This document shows positions 1 to 8,925 of a DNA stretch of 28,304 nucleotides, in pieces. Source of the stretch: Prasinococcaceae sp. CCMP 1430 (Eukaryota > Plantae > Prasinodermophyta); NCBI GenBank assembly GCA_013416795.1, contig RQSC01000003.1, positions 147,181 through 175,484 on the forward strand. The letters run 5' to 3'. The notes under the pieces are model-generated. The model saw only the letters and a program-made list of their open reading frames with translations, had not been told where the DNA came from and ran no database searches. The stretch's first letter is position 1; every line of letters starts with the position of its first letter. A program made the translations under genes and the position numbers.

Positions 1-1071
1 CTGCTCGCCGAGGTGGCCGCGGCTGCGGCAGCTGCGCAGGGCGCGCCGCTCGCGGCGCTCGGCGCGGCGCTCGTGCTGGTGGCGGCGTCGGTGGTGGCGG
101 TGCGATCGTTCAACGGCGGCAGCCGCACGTACAAGGACGGCGAGAACACCGTGGGCAACGAGTACGACGCGTGGACCGAAGAGGGCGTGCTCGAGTACTA
201 CTGGGGCGAGCACATCCACCTGGGCTACTATGAGCCCGAGGAGCTGCGCGGCGACTTCTGGCCGCCCAAGCGCGACTTCATCGAGGCCAAGTTCACCTTC
301 GTCGACAAGATGTTCGACTGGGGCTGGGAGGGCCCGGCGACGGGCCCAAAGCGCATCCTCGACGTGGGCTGTGGCGTCGGCGGCACCTCGCGCCACCTGG
401 CGAAGCGCTTCCCCGACGCCGAGGTGGTGGGCATCACGCTGTCGCCCAAGCAGGTGCAGCGCGCGACAGAGCTGGCGGCGGAGCAGGGCGTGACCAACGC
501 GCGCTTCGAGGTCATGAACGCGCTGGACATGACCTGGGCGAGCGACCAGTTTGACATGGTGTGGGGGTGCGAGAGCGGCGAGCACATGCCCGACAAGGAG
601 GCCTACATCAAGGAGATGACGCGCGTGCTCAAGCCCGGGGGCAGCCTGGTGGTGGCCACGTGGTGCCAGCGCGACCTGGCCGAGGGCGAGACGTTCACCG
701 ACAAGGAGAAGACGCAGCTGCAGTTCCTGTACGACGAGTGGGCGCACCCGTACTTCATCTCGTACGAGGAGTACGGCCGCATCATGGAGCGCACCGGCGT
801 GCTCGCGTCGGTGCGCGCGGCCAACTGGGTGCGCGAGACCATCAACTCGTGGCGGCACTCCATCTGGGTGGGCGTGTTCGATCCGTGGATCGTTGTCTTC
901 AAGGGACCGCGCATGTGGTGGAAGGTCATCCGCGAGATCGTGACGCTCGAGCGCATGCATCGCGCCTTCGACTGCGGGCTCATGACCTACGGCATGATTC
1001 GCTCCTCGAAGGAGAAGCCCTCTGGCCAGAAGGGGGGCGCCACGCGCCGGCTGGAGCCGCGCGCGGCGTAG
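1..1071 (+). CDS. SAM-dependent methyltransferase, cyanobacterial-type MPBQ/MSBQ methyltransferase (gamma-tocopherol MT superfamily); 5' end lies outside the window
   Basis: Frame is open from base 1. Contains YDAWTEEGVLEYYWGEHIHLGYY, SAM motif I ILDVGCGVGG, and CESGEHMPDK...RVLKPGG...WCQR and LYDEWAHPYF, typical of the Sll0418-like MPBQ/MSBQ MT of cyanobacteria and green algae. The Ala-rich hydrophobic N-terminal stretch fits the end of a transit peptide or anchor. Confidence 0.85.
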   Translation: MLAEVAAAAAAAQGAPLAALGAALVLVAASVVAVRSFNGGSRTYKDGENTVGNEYDAWTEEGVLEYYWGEHIHLGYYEPEELRGDFWPPKRDFIEAKFTFVDKMFDWGWEGPATGPKRILDVGCGVGGTSRHLAKRFPDAEVVGITLSPKQVQRATELAAEQGVTNARFEVMNALDMTWASDQFDMVWGCESGEHMPDKEAYIKEMTRVLKPGGSLVVATWCQRDLAEGETFTDKEKTQLQFLYDEWAHPYFISYEEYGRIMERTGVLASVRAANWVRETINSWRHSIWVGVFDPWIVVFKGPRMWWKVIREIVTLERMHRAFDCGLMTYGMIRSSKEKPSGQKGGATRRLEPRAA

Positions 1072-1273
1072 GCGGCCGGGGGCGTGGCGTGCCCCTGGCG
1101 TGCCCAGGGAAAGCGCCTCCGCGCTGCGACGCCGCTCGACGTGCGGCCACGGCAGCCAATTTTGGAGCGTGCGAGCGCCTCGCGAGGCCTGAAGAGGGCG
1201 CAGGGCGTCCGCAGCACAATCCCTCGCATCAGAGGCGCGACTGAAACACGCACGCTCTTCTTCAACTAATAGT

Positions 1274-1278
1274 TTACA
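1274..1278 (-). promoter_or_regulatory. TGTAA poly(A) signal for the minus-strand gene ending at 1436
   Basis: ttaca at 1274-1278, about 160 nt downstream of the stop. TGTAA is the established chlorophyte near-upstream element. Confidence 0.55.
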
Positions 1279-1435
1279 CCGCTTGCCCGAGACGCCCGCT
1301 GCGCGCGCGCATGGCGCGGCGTGCCGCCTCGCGACACCTGCCGCACGGCAGCCCGCGTGCTCGCGGTCGAAAGCGCGCGCGCGTCCGCGCGCATGAGGCG
1401 CGTGCTTGCGCTGGCGCCCGCGCCCGCGCGCGCTC

Positions 1436-2280
1436 TCAATAGTGCTTGTCCCGCTGGAAGCACTCGTTGCCCCCCACCCGCCTGCCGTTGGGATAGTTGC
1501 CGCCGGTGATCACGTTGTATTGCGTGAGCTTGGTGCGCGAAGCACCCGCGCGCTCCAGCTTCCGGCTGACCTCGATTGACCGCGTGGGGAAGTGGTCGTT
1601 GGCAGAGGTGATCATCTCATCACCGCTGCGGGCGTCGGAGCGCCCGGCGTCGAGGCACGCGCGAAAAGGTGATCGTGGGTCGCATGGCCGCGGCCGCAGC
1701 TGCGTGTCAGCGCCCTGAAGCGCGCGTGCGAGAAAGAGAGACCTCGAGCGCAGGCAACATACCGTCTTGTGGTCTTCCACGTCTCCTTGTTTTCCGAGGG
1801 CACGATGAGCTCGCGCGTCTCGGCATACCCGGACTTGTCTCTGAAGTCGACCTGCGTGGTGCTCGCGAGAAACTCCCGCGAGGGCAGCGCACCAAGCACG
1901 ACCTCGGACTTCGTCTTGGGCGGTTGTCGGCGCTTCTCTGCGACGTGTGGCTGCGGTTGGAACTGCGTGCGCGTCTCGGTTGCGTCGCTCAGCGTATCGG
2001 AGCTCGGATCGGATGCGAACGAGATCTTCCAGCTCGTCTCGTAGAAGCTGCTGCCGGCGCCGCGGCGCGGGCGCGCGGCTGGCTCGCCCGCAGCGTGCAG
2101 CGACTGGCTGCGTGCGAGGTCGGGCGCGGGGTAGTGATTCACACGCTGCTGCAGATCGTTTCCGAAAGAGTCGGCGAACGAGCGAGGATCGGCGCGCGGC
2201 GCCGATGATGTCCGCGCCGGCGCCTTCACGGGCTCGTCCGTCCCCCACGGCGGCCAGTTGCTGCTCTCGTGCTGCGGCAT
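1436..2280 (-). CDS. Hypothetical protein (~235 aa, 2 exons: 2280-1763 and 1625-1436), possibly a ciliary microtubule-associated protein
   Basis: gccATG at 2280 (MPQHESSNWPPW...). Donor GTATGT at 1762. Acceptor cccgcAG at 1626 joins in phase to a coding-like last exon (RGDEMITSANDHFPTRSIEVSRKLERAGASRTKLTQYNVITGG...HY*). TGTAA lies downstream. The acceptor choice is uncertain. Confidence 0.6.
1626..1762 (-). other. Spliceosomal intron (GT-AG, 137 nt); alternative acceptor at 1700
   Basis: Donor GTATGT. The distal acceptor restores the coding-like frame. A proximal GCTGACacgcAG acceptor at 1700 would give a 63-nt intron and a shorter C-terminus. Confidence 0.5.
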
Positions 2281-2499
2281 GGCCGTCGCGGCGCACGCCC
2301 CGGCCCGCAGGGAAGCGACGCCCCTCCCTCGCGCTCTCCCGAGCCGCGCTCGGCGCCCTCGGCGAGCGCTCGAGCGCCTCGCCGCGCGACGGCGGCGCGC
2401 GGCCGCTGCGGTCCGCGTGTGTGGCGCCGCGCGCCCCGCGTGGGCGCGCGACGTCCAGTCAAGCAGCGCGCGCTGCAACGGGGAACACCAACTCGTGAG

Positions 2500-2700
2500 A
2501 ACAAATTCAATGCGGTCCGCGAGGGGTTTATCGGTTGGCCGGTTGCACTACCTGTCAGTCGGAACATTTACTGTAACCCTATTTCCTATGGATTAACCCT
2601 ATTAACCGCGTTTCCAAAACCGAAATCGCGCCGAAGGTGCATGTTTTTTTGCATCGGCCGTGCAGAGATCGCCCGTTTTCTAATTTGACGTCAAGATGGA
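2500..2700. promoter_or_regulatory. AT-rich bidirectional promoter region with two TAACCCTATT (telobox-like) copies
   Basis: AT-rich island between divergent ATGs at 2280(-) and 2962(+). TAACCCTATT occurs at 2574-2583 and 2594-2603. Confidence 0.5.
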
Positions 2701-2961
2701 TGTTTTGATGCACAGCTCTGGGATCGCGCGGCGCGCGCGCGTGGCGCCAACACCCCCCGGTCGCCCCACACACCACCACCTCCACTCCACACACCCCTCA
2801 CGCACACCTCTGCCCGCTTGTGCTGTAGCGCGCAGCGGTGCTGCTGCCGCCGCTCGCCACACGCCGCGCGCGCGACGGCCGCCGGGCGGGCGGGCGGGCG
2901 GGCAGGCTGGGATGGGGAACGCGAGGAACGCGCTCGGTGGCCTCGGCGCTGGCGAGGGGCG

Positions 2962-4440
2962 ATGGCGGAGCCCGCGGCGCCGGCGGTGTCTCGCGTGGCG
3001 ATCGCCGGCGCGACGCTCGCGCACGCGCTTGCGGATGCGGCCGCTGGCGACGCCGACGGATGCGACCTGGCGCTCCTCCTTGGGCGCGTTGAGCGCTCCG
3101 CACGCCTCGCGAGCAAACGCGAGGCGGATGCGGCGGCGGGCGCGGTGGGGGCGCAGACCGTGCGCGCGCACATCGTGCGGCTCGCGCACGCGCACGACCG
3201 CGCACGCGCGCGTAGGTCTCCACTGTTCTACGATGCGCGCGGGCGAGTCGACGTGCGCGCCCTCGATGGATGGGTGCGTCAGGCCCAGGCCCAGGCCCGA
3301 GCTGAAGCGGCACGTGGGTGCGAGGACGGCGGCGACGCAGGCGAACCATCGCACCAGCTGCTGGGATGGTGCGTCACCCGGCCGTACGCCCGCCTCGCGC
3401 CGTCGATCCGCGAGGCCGCAGCGGCCCGCTCGCTCGCGGCGACCGGCCGCTGCGCCATTGCGCCGCTGCTGCTTCTCATCGGCCTCGCAGAGCCGCAGGA
3501 CGGGTCGCTCGTGGTCTCGACGGAGTACTCGATCACGCAGGTCGATCCGCGTTCGGGGGAGCTGGTGCCCACATCGATGGACGTGCTCAATCTCGGCACG
3601 GCGCACGGCAGGTACGGCGGGCTGGCCGACGTGGCGGCAAGGGACAGCGCTGGCTGTGGCGCAGACTCCCCGAGTCTGCGCTCGCTGGCCGAGGGCGCGG
3701 AGAGCACCGCGCGTGGCATCGAGGAGTACTATCGCGCAGAGGCGAGCAAGCTCGAGAGCGTCGAGCGGGCTCTGCACGAGTCGAACGGACGCTTGGCGGA
3801 GCTTCGAATGCGACAGCGCGCGCACCTGCATGGCCACCAAGAGCAGCCGCAGGGGCGCCATGCGGAGCAATCCACGCAAGAGCAGCTGCCGCGTGACGGC
3901 GTAGACTGGGAGGCGGGACCCGATGCAGGGCGCGCGGATGCCACGCCAGGTGACGACGGCGCTGGCCAGCTGGAGCAGCCAGCCCACGAGCCAGCCACGC
4001 TCGAGCTGCAGCAGCAGCAGCAGCAGCAGCAGCAGCACGAAGGCGACTGCCTAGCTACGCATGGCGAGCAGGAGCGGCAGCAACAGCAACAGCAGGGACC
4101 GCAGCACCTGCCGCGGCAGCAAGAGGAGCACGGGCGGGTGTCCGACGCGGGCGCGGAGAGCGGCGACGTGGCCCTGTGGGGCGCTGAAGGTGCTACAACT
4201 GCGACGTTCGATCTCGGACCGGCCGCGGGGGAGGAGGGTGCGCACTCCAAGGCTGTGCAGCGCAGGGAAGACGCCGCGAGCTCGCCGAAGGGACTCGATG
4301 GCACTGCGCAAGGTGGCCACGAGAGCGGCGGCGCGAGCTCGAAAACTGCTGCCGTCGCGGAGCTCGCGCGCTCGCCGCCCACGCCGGCGCCAGAGGACCC
4401 GCCACAGCTCGCTGACGGTGTGTCCCCTCGAGCACTTTGA
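2962..4440 (+). CDS. Abraxas/ABRO1 (FAM175)-like MPN- pseudo-deubiquitinase scaffold with coiled coil and low-complexity tail
   Basis: ATG at 2962. Motifs FYDARGRVDVRAL, LLGWCVTRPYARLAPSIRE, STEY and DVLNLG..GRY parallel the Abraxas FYN.AG.V...L / VVGW..FR......TFRE / STH..E / VANLG...GY pattern. No HxH zinc ligands. Followed by a coiled coil (IEEYYRAEASKLESVERALHESNGRLAELRMRQ). Confidence 0.7.
   Translation: MAEPAAPAVSRVAIAGATLAHALADAAAGDADGCDLALLLGRVERSARLASKREADAAAGAVGAQTVRAHIVRLAHAHDRARARRSPLFYDARGRVDVRALDGWVRQAQAQARAEAARGCEDGGDAGEPSHQLLGWCVTRPYARLAPSIREAAAARSLAATGRCAIAPLLLLIGLAEPQDGSLVVSTEYSITQVDPRSGELVPTSMDVLNLGTAHGRYGGLADVAARDSAGCGADSPSLRSLAEGAESTARGIEEYYRAEASKLESVERALHESNGRLAELRMRQRAHLHGHQEQPQGRHAEQSTQEQLPRDGVDWEAGPDAGRADATPGDDGAGQLEQPAHEPATLELQQQQQQQQQHEGDCLATHGEQERQQQQQQGPQHLPRQQEEHGRVSDAGAESGDVALWGAEGATTATFDLGPAAGEEGAHSKAVQRREDAASSPKGLDGTAQGGHESGGASSKTAAVAELARSPPTPAPEDPPQLADGVSPRAL
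4009..4035 (+). repeat. (CAG)9 encoding polyQ
   Basis: Nine consecutive CAG codons in the Abraxas-like ORF. Confidence 0.95.
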
Positions 4441-4490
4441 CTGGGCATAGCGCTCACGCTCACGCTCGCGGCGCGCGGATGGCGATGCGA

Positions 4491-4495
4491 TGTAA
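4491..4495 (+). promoter_or_regulatory. TGTAA poly(A) signal
   Basis: 50 nt downstream of the stop at 4440. Confidence 0.6.
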
Positions 4496-4702
4496 CGACA
4501 GTGCGGCGTGCGCAGTGTGCGCTTGTTTTTTTGTACGCGGCGCGTGACAGCAGGGACGCTCCAGTCGTCGAGCGCGGGAGCGCCACGCGCGCGCCTGCAC
4601 GGCCCACTTGAGTTAAGTGGTTTTCTTAAAGCACAGCAGCCTCAGCGAGGAGGCCGCCGCGGTAGTAGTATCCAGCCCGTTGCCGCGTTGCGAAGGGGGC
4701 AT

Positions 4703-5343
4703 CTACTTCTTGCCGCCCTTCTTGCCCTTCATGCGCGCCTTGATCTCAGCGAGCGCGGCGTCGCGGGCGGCCTTGCGCACCTCCGGCTTCTCCTGGCGGC
4801 GCTTCTGGATCACCTCGAGCGACGCGCCGACGAAGCCGCGGGTCATGTTCGAGGTCTTCGCCCTGCGCTTCTTGCGGGTGGCCTGCATCGCCTGGTCCTT
4901 CTTGTGCTGCTTGCGGTAGATAGCCGTCCACGCGAGCTTCGAGGGCTTCAGCCTGTTGTTGAAGAGGCGCTTGCACTTGGCGTCCGCGAACAGGTAGGTC
5001 TGCGTGTCGTGCGTCAGCGCTCCGTGCTGCGGCGCGCAAAACACAAGTGGGGGCTGGCGCGCCGACGCGGCGCGACGCCGCTCGCGGTGCGCGAACACCA
5101 GCACGCAGCGCCCGCCCGCGCAGGTCCCCTACACTGCGCATCGCCCATCGCGAGGAGCTTTGCGCTGCCCTCTACCCCACGCGCGGCAGGGACGCGGCCC
5201 TTTTTGACGCGCGCCGCCCGGCAGGGCGTCCCTACTGCCGGCGGCCCACAGTCGCGCGCAGTGCGTACCGTGCTGTCCGTCCTGTAGTAGCGCATGCCAT
5301 GGCCGGGGTACACCCTCTTGCCCGAGAAGCGGCAGAGCTCCGT
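4703..5343 (-). CDS. RPL24: 60S ribosomal protein L24 (eL24); exons 5343-5269 and 4999-4703; first exon (Met plus ~3 codons) not found
   Basis: The spliced product [25 protein letters not shown]|[35 protein letters not shown]...[38 protein letters not shown] is classic eL24. Confidence 0.95.
5000..5268 (-). other. RPL24 intron (GT-AG, 269 nt, phase 0)
   Basis: Donor GTACGC at 5268, branch point GCTGAC, acceptor acgcAG at 5000. Confidence 0.9.
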
Positions 5344-5815
5344 CTGCAGAGGCACAAGGGCGCGGCGGCGTCGAGCAACGGCGTCGTCGGCGTCGTCGGC
5401 ACGTCGTCAGCACACGCAGGCGAGAGGCGGCGCGGGCATTCCCTCGCAGCGCTGCGCAGGCGCACACGCTCGCCCTGCGGCGCGGAGCGCCCAGGACGCA
5501 CGCAGGCGCCACGCCCCGCGCGACACGAAGTCACGTCCGCACATGCGCGTGCACGCAATGCGTCCACGCCGGGGCGCATGACGGCGCGGCACGCCGCGCG
5601 CCACACGCACGCACACACACGCACAGCGTCCCCATGCATGCATGGGAGGTTTGCCCTAAAGACACGCACACACAGCGGACACACAACACGGCCGCATGCA
5701 CGCCATCCCCTCCCCTCCACACACACAAACACACGCACACACACACACACACACCGCCCCACGCCGCCGCCGCCGCCGCCGCCGCGGGCGCGAGGCGTCC
5801 CGCAGAGCGGCCACG
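5344..5815 (-). other. RPL24 first intron (3' part) containing (TG)-rich and (GGC)7 microsatellites; donor not located
   Basis: Acceptor tctgcAG at 5344 with GCTGAC upstream. CA-rich tract at ~5718-5754 and (GCC)7 at 5763-5783 on the plus strand. Runs up to the N at 5816. Confidence 0.6.
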
Positions 5816-6004
5816 NTGCACGCGCACCCGGAAAAAAAAAAACTGTCACTTCTACGTGAAAAGGGATCATGTGTCATCATACTTGTCTTGTAACTGTACC
5901 ATGATGATATACACTGTGCGCACCGTCACTACTCCACCCGCGCTGCGGCCATTGCTGCCGCTCTCTGTGCGCCTTCTCGATCGGGAGCCTTGCTCGCCCG
6001 CCAA

Positions 6005-6619
6005 TCAACAAGCCTTTGCTTGTGCTCCCTGCAGCGTCTCCCCTTCCTCGTCGGCCGGCTCGTCTGCCACAGGAGACCACTCGTTGCGCACAAATTGGGC
6101 CAAGTTGCGGGCATACGCCTCCCTGACGGCTTCGGGGGGGCCGGCAGGCACCCTCGCAAGCACACTGGAGCGTAGCTTGTCGAGGCGCGAGAAGCCAACT
6201 CTCCAAGCGTCGTTGAGATTGGCACGACCGTCGTCGTACGTGGCGTTGCCGAGCAGGCGCACTGCGCTGATCACCTCCTCCAGCATGACTGGTGGAAGCG
6301 CCGATTCGCTCATCGTCTCAGGGCGGAGATGCCACGGCTGAGGGAAGGGCTGGTGCGATGAGTGCTCGGCGCTCACGTGAAACCAGCGCAGGTCGGAAAC
6401 CTCCAGTGGCAGCAGCGGGTCGTACGGTCCAACGATTGCGCCCACGAAAGGCGTCGAGGCGCGGTCCGTACTGAACATCATCTGGTATAAGGACTGGTTG
6501 ATGCAGTCCTTGATCGAGGGAAGGGTAACAAACAGTGGATGGGAGTGGTACCATCCCACCACGCGCATGCCCGCATTGCGTATTTGCTCACGCAGCGCCA
6601 CCTCGCTCTCAGGATCCAT
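6005..6619 (-). CDS. JAMM/MPN+ metalloprotease-domain protein (MYSM1/MPND-like), 5' part missing or unresolved
   Basis: EMDPESE...MRVVGWYHSHPLFVTLPSIKDCINQSLYQ...FVGAIVGPYDP gives a perfect H-x-H-x7-S-x2-D JAMM motif in MYSM1/MPND-like context. First in-domain Met is at 6619; stop at 6005-6007. Confidence 0.75.
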   Translation of the reverse strand: MDPESEVALREQIRNAGMRVVGWYHSHPLFVTLPSIKDCINQSLYQMMFSTDRASTPFVGAIVGPYDPLLPLEVSDLRWFHVSAEHSSHQPFPQPWHLRPETMSESALPPVMLEEVISAVRLLGNATYDDGRANLNDAWRVGFSRLDKLRSSVLARVPAGPPEAVREAYARNLAQFVRNEWSPVADEPADEEGETLQGAQAKAC

Positions 6620-7111
6620 CTCCACAGACACTCGTCCCTTGCGCCCGGAGCAGCGTCTGGAGCGCGCGCGAGGACGCGGACCGTGCGCGCGCCAGTGCGC
6701 GGGAGGGCGCGCACCCTGCGCGCGCAAGGCTGGCGCGAGGCGCGGAGGGCGCCGCGACGGCAAGAGCTCGAAAGCCAGCGCCGGAGGGTGGGGCCCGGCA
6801 TGAGCGGCGGAGAGAGAGGGGGTCCCCCGCACACGTCGCGCGCGCATCCCCCCTCCCCACACACCCACCTCTGCTCTAAATTCGGGCGAAATCCGAGAAA
6901 AAAAGTGCTGGGCGAGGCGCTCCGTGGCGGGTGGCTCTGCGGGAGCGCGCGCCCCGGCGCGCGGGGGTGGGCTTTGCGCCGCGGACCACCGGACGCTCGC
7001 CGCTCGCGTGCGCTCGTCCGCTCCGCAGGCGGCCGGCGACCGTGCTCTCTCTCTCGCCCGCTCGCCCGCTCGCCCGCTGACGGCCACGGCCCGCCCGCCG
7101 CTCGCGCGCTC

Positions 7112-8743
7112 ATGCAGGTCAAAAAGTTCAAGAACGAGACCGACGAGGAGCGCCTCGTGCGCGAGCAGATGCTCGCGCTGCAGCAGGAGGAGGAGCGTAG
7201 GAAGACCGCCGAGCTCACGAAGGCGAGGCTGCGCGCGCGCCAGCTGCGTGAGGAGTCGTACGCCAAGCTGAACGGCACCAAGATACACAATCAGTGGCGA
7301 AAGATCATGCGGCTGGCCAAGGTGGAGGACCTGCGCCGCGACATCGAGGTGCTGTCGCAGAACCACGAGCGCGAGGTTGACCGCAAGGATGCTGTCCTCC
7401 AGATGCTCGATCGCGACCTCGAGGACGCCGAGGAGCAGTTCCAGACGAGCCTGCGGGCGCACTCGCAGACCGTTGACTCGCTGCTCGACCTCGAGTACAC
7501 CAGCGTGAAGAAGCTGCGGGCGGCCTTCGACGAGAGCGTGCGCGAGCTCGAGGAGGAATTCGACACCGAGCGCGCGGAAATTGCGAACAACCACGCGCGC
7601 CTGAAGAAGGAGTTCGGCGACATGATTGCGGCGATGGAGGCCGAGTTCCACGGCGCCGAGCAGGACGCGTGGCACGACTTCGAGTCGCAGCGCGAGGAGA
7701 TCAAGAACCGCAACTCGGAGGAGTACAACGTGCTCAAGCTCTCGCTGGAGAACATCATCGAGGAGCTGGAGCATCACTTCGAGCAGGCGCACCAGGCATA
7801 TCTCGCCAGCACGGACGCTCGCACGCAGTCGTTCAAGGAGCTCACGGAGCGCGACACGCAGAGCGCCACGCAGATCGAGCGCCGCATGCGCAAGCTCGTT
7901 CGCCTGCAGGACGCGCTCGCGCACTGGCGCAACAAGATCGCGTCCAACTCGCGCGAGTGGGAGGAACGCAACAGCGCGCTGCGTGGCGAGAAGGACGTCG
8001 TGTCCAAGCACTACCATAGCCTCAAGGCGCGCATGAACAACTTCCGCTCCGTCGAGGCAGAGCGCCTCAAGGCGCTCACGCTCGACTCGGGCGCGGCCAT
8101 CAAGACGCTCAAGGAGAAGGTGCAGGCCGCGGAGCGCATGATAAAGCTCGCGGAGCTGAACCGTAAGCTGGAGACCGAGCAGGAGAAGGTGGTGCCTTTT
8201 CAGCCCAACGGGCCAGTGCCCGCGGCGGCGGTGACCGAGGTGGAGGAGGAGCTCGCCAAGGCGAGGGCGGAGGCCACAGGTGGCCTCAAGGGCAAGGGCG
8301 AGGAGGAGGACCTCGAAGGCACAGGCGCTTCCTCAGCGCACGTCGACGCCGGAGCGGAGGGCGGGGCGGACGCCGACGGCGAGGGCGAGCAGCTGAGCTC
8401 GCAGGGCTTGGGCGCCGACGGCACGGCGGTGGACGAGTGGGACTATCTGAACAACTTCTACAAGCGTTTCAACAAGGTGGAGCTGGACAGAATCGCCATC
8501 GACCGCGAAAAGCAGCGCTTGGAAAGCGAGAATGTTGAGCTGCGCAACATCCTGAAACAGTACCTGGATGGCGTCAGCGTCAACGAGGACGTCATCAATA
8601 ACCCGAGCAACCCGCTTCTGGTGGTGAACAACAGGCTGCATCTGAATGTGCAGTCGCTCGTGCAGCGGGACGTGCCTCGCACCGTGGTGGAAGCGAGCCA
8701 CGTCGTGCAGGAGCGGCGCGGCACGGCGTTGCGGAACCGCTGA
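7112..8743 (+). CDS. DRC2: Nexin-dynein regulatory complex subunit 2 (DRC2/CCDC65/FAP250)
   Basis: Long coiled coil with KIHNQWRKIMRLAKVEDLRRDIEVLSQNHEREVDRKD, IKLAELNRKLETEQEKVVPF, FYKRFNKVELD and ILKQYLDGVSV. The start is either ATG 7112 or a short upstream exon spliced to the acceptor at 7117 (GCTGAC at ~7076). Confidence 0.92.
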   Translation: MQVKKFKNETDEERLVREQMLALQQEEERRKTAELTKARLRARQLREESYAKLNGTKIHNQWRKIMRLAKVEDLRRDIEVLSQNHEREVDRKDAVLQMLDRDLEDAEEQFQTSLRAHSQTVDSLLDLEYTSVKKLRAAFDESVRELEEEFDTERAEIANNHARLKKEFGDMIAAMEAEFHGAEQDAWHDFESQREEIKNRNSEEYNVLKLSLENIIEELEHHFEQAHQAYLASTDARTQSFKELTERDTQSATQIERRMRKLVRLQDALAHWRNKIASNSREWEERNSALRGEKDVVSKHYHSLKARMNNFRSVEAERLKALTLDSGAAIKTLKEKVQAAERMIKLAELNRKLETEQEKVVPFQPNGPVPAAAVTEVEEELAKARAEATGGLKGKGEEEDLEGTGASSAHVDAGAEGGADADGEGEQLSSQGLGADGTAVDEWDYLNNFYKRFNKVELDRIAIDREKQRLESENVELRNILKQYLDGVSVNEDVINNPSNPLLVVNNRLHLNVQSLVQRDVPRTVVEASHVVQERRGTALRNR

Positions 8744-8816
8744 GCAAGCTGTTCGCATGAGCTCTTTACCATAGTTTGTGCGCGTGTGCCCGCGTGGCGC
8801 AGTGGGTGGTCGCACA

Positions 8817-8821
8817 TGTAA
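8817..8821 (+). promoter_or_regulatory. TGTAA poly(A) signal
   Basis: About 75 nt downstream of the DRC2 stop. Confidence 0.6.
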
Positions 8822-8925
8822 TATCATAGTACTAAAGTACAAAGTGTCGACTCAGGCAGTGTACATCAGTCGAGTCGCACGCGCACATGCCACGGGAACG
8901 CGCGCTCAAGCCGCCTCCTTCGCGC

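Noticed and set aside
4405-4450. Possible extra intron changing the Abraxas-like C-terminus (GCTGAC...cgAG at ~4411-4430)
   Set aside because: No convincing donor was identified, and the ORF reads through to a normal stop followed by TGTAA.
6539-7111. N-terminal 190-aa extension of DRC2 in the ORF track
   Set aside because: Arg/Ala/Pro-rich read-through of GC-rich promoter, UTR and intron sequence that overlaps the divergent JAMM gene. DRC2 similarity starts at ~7118.
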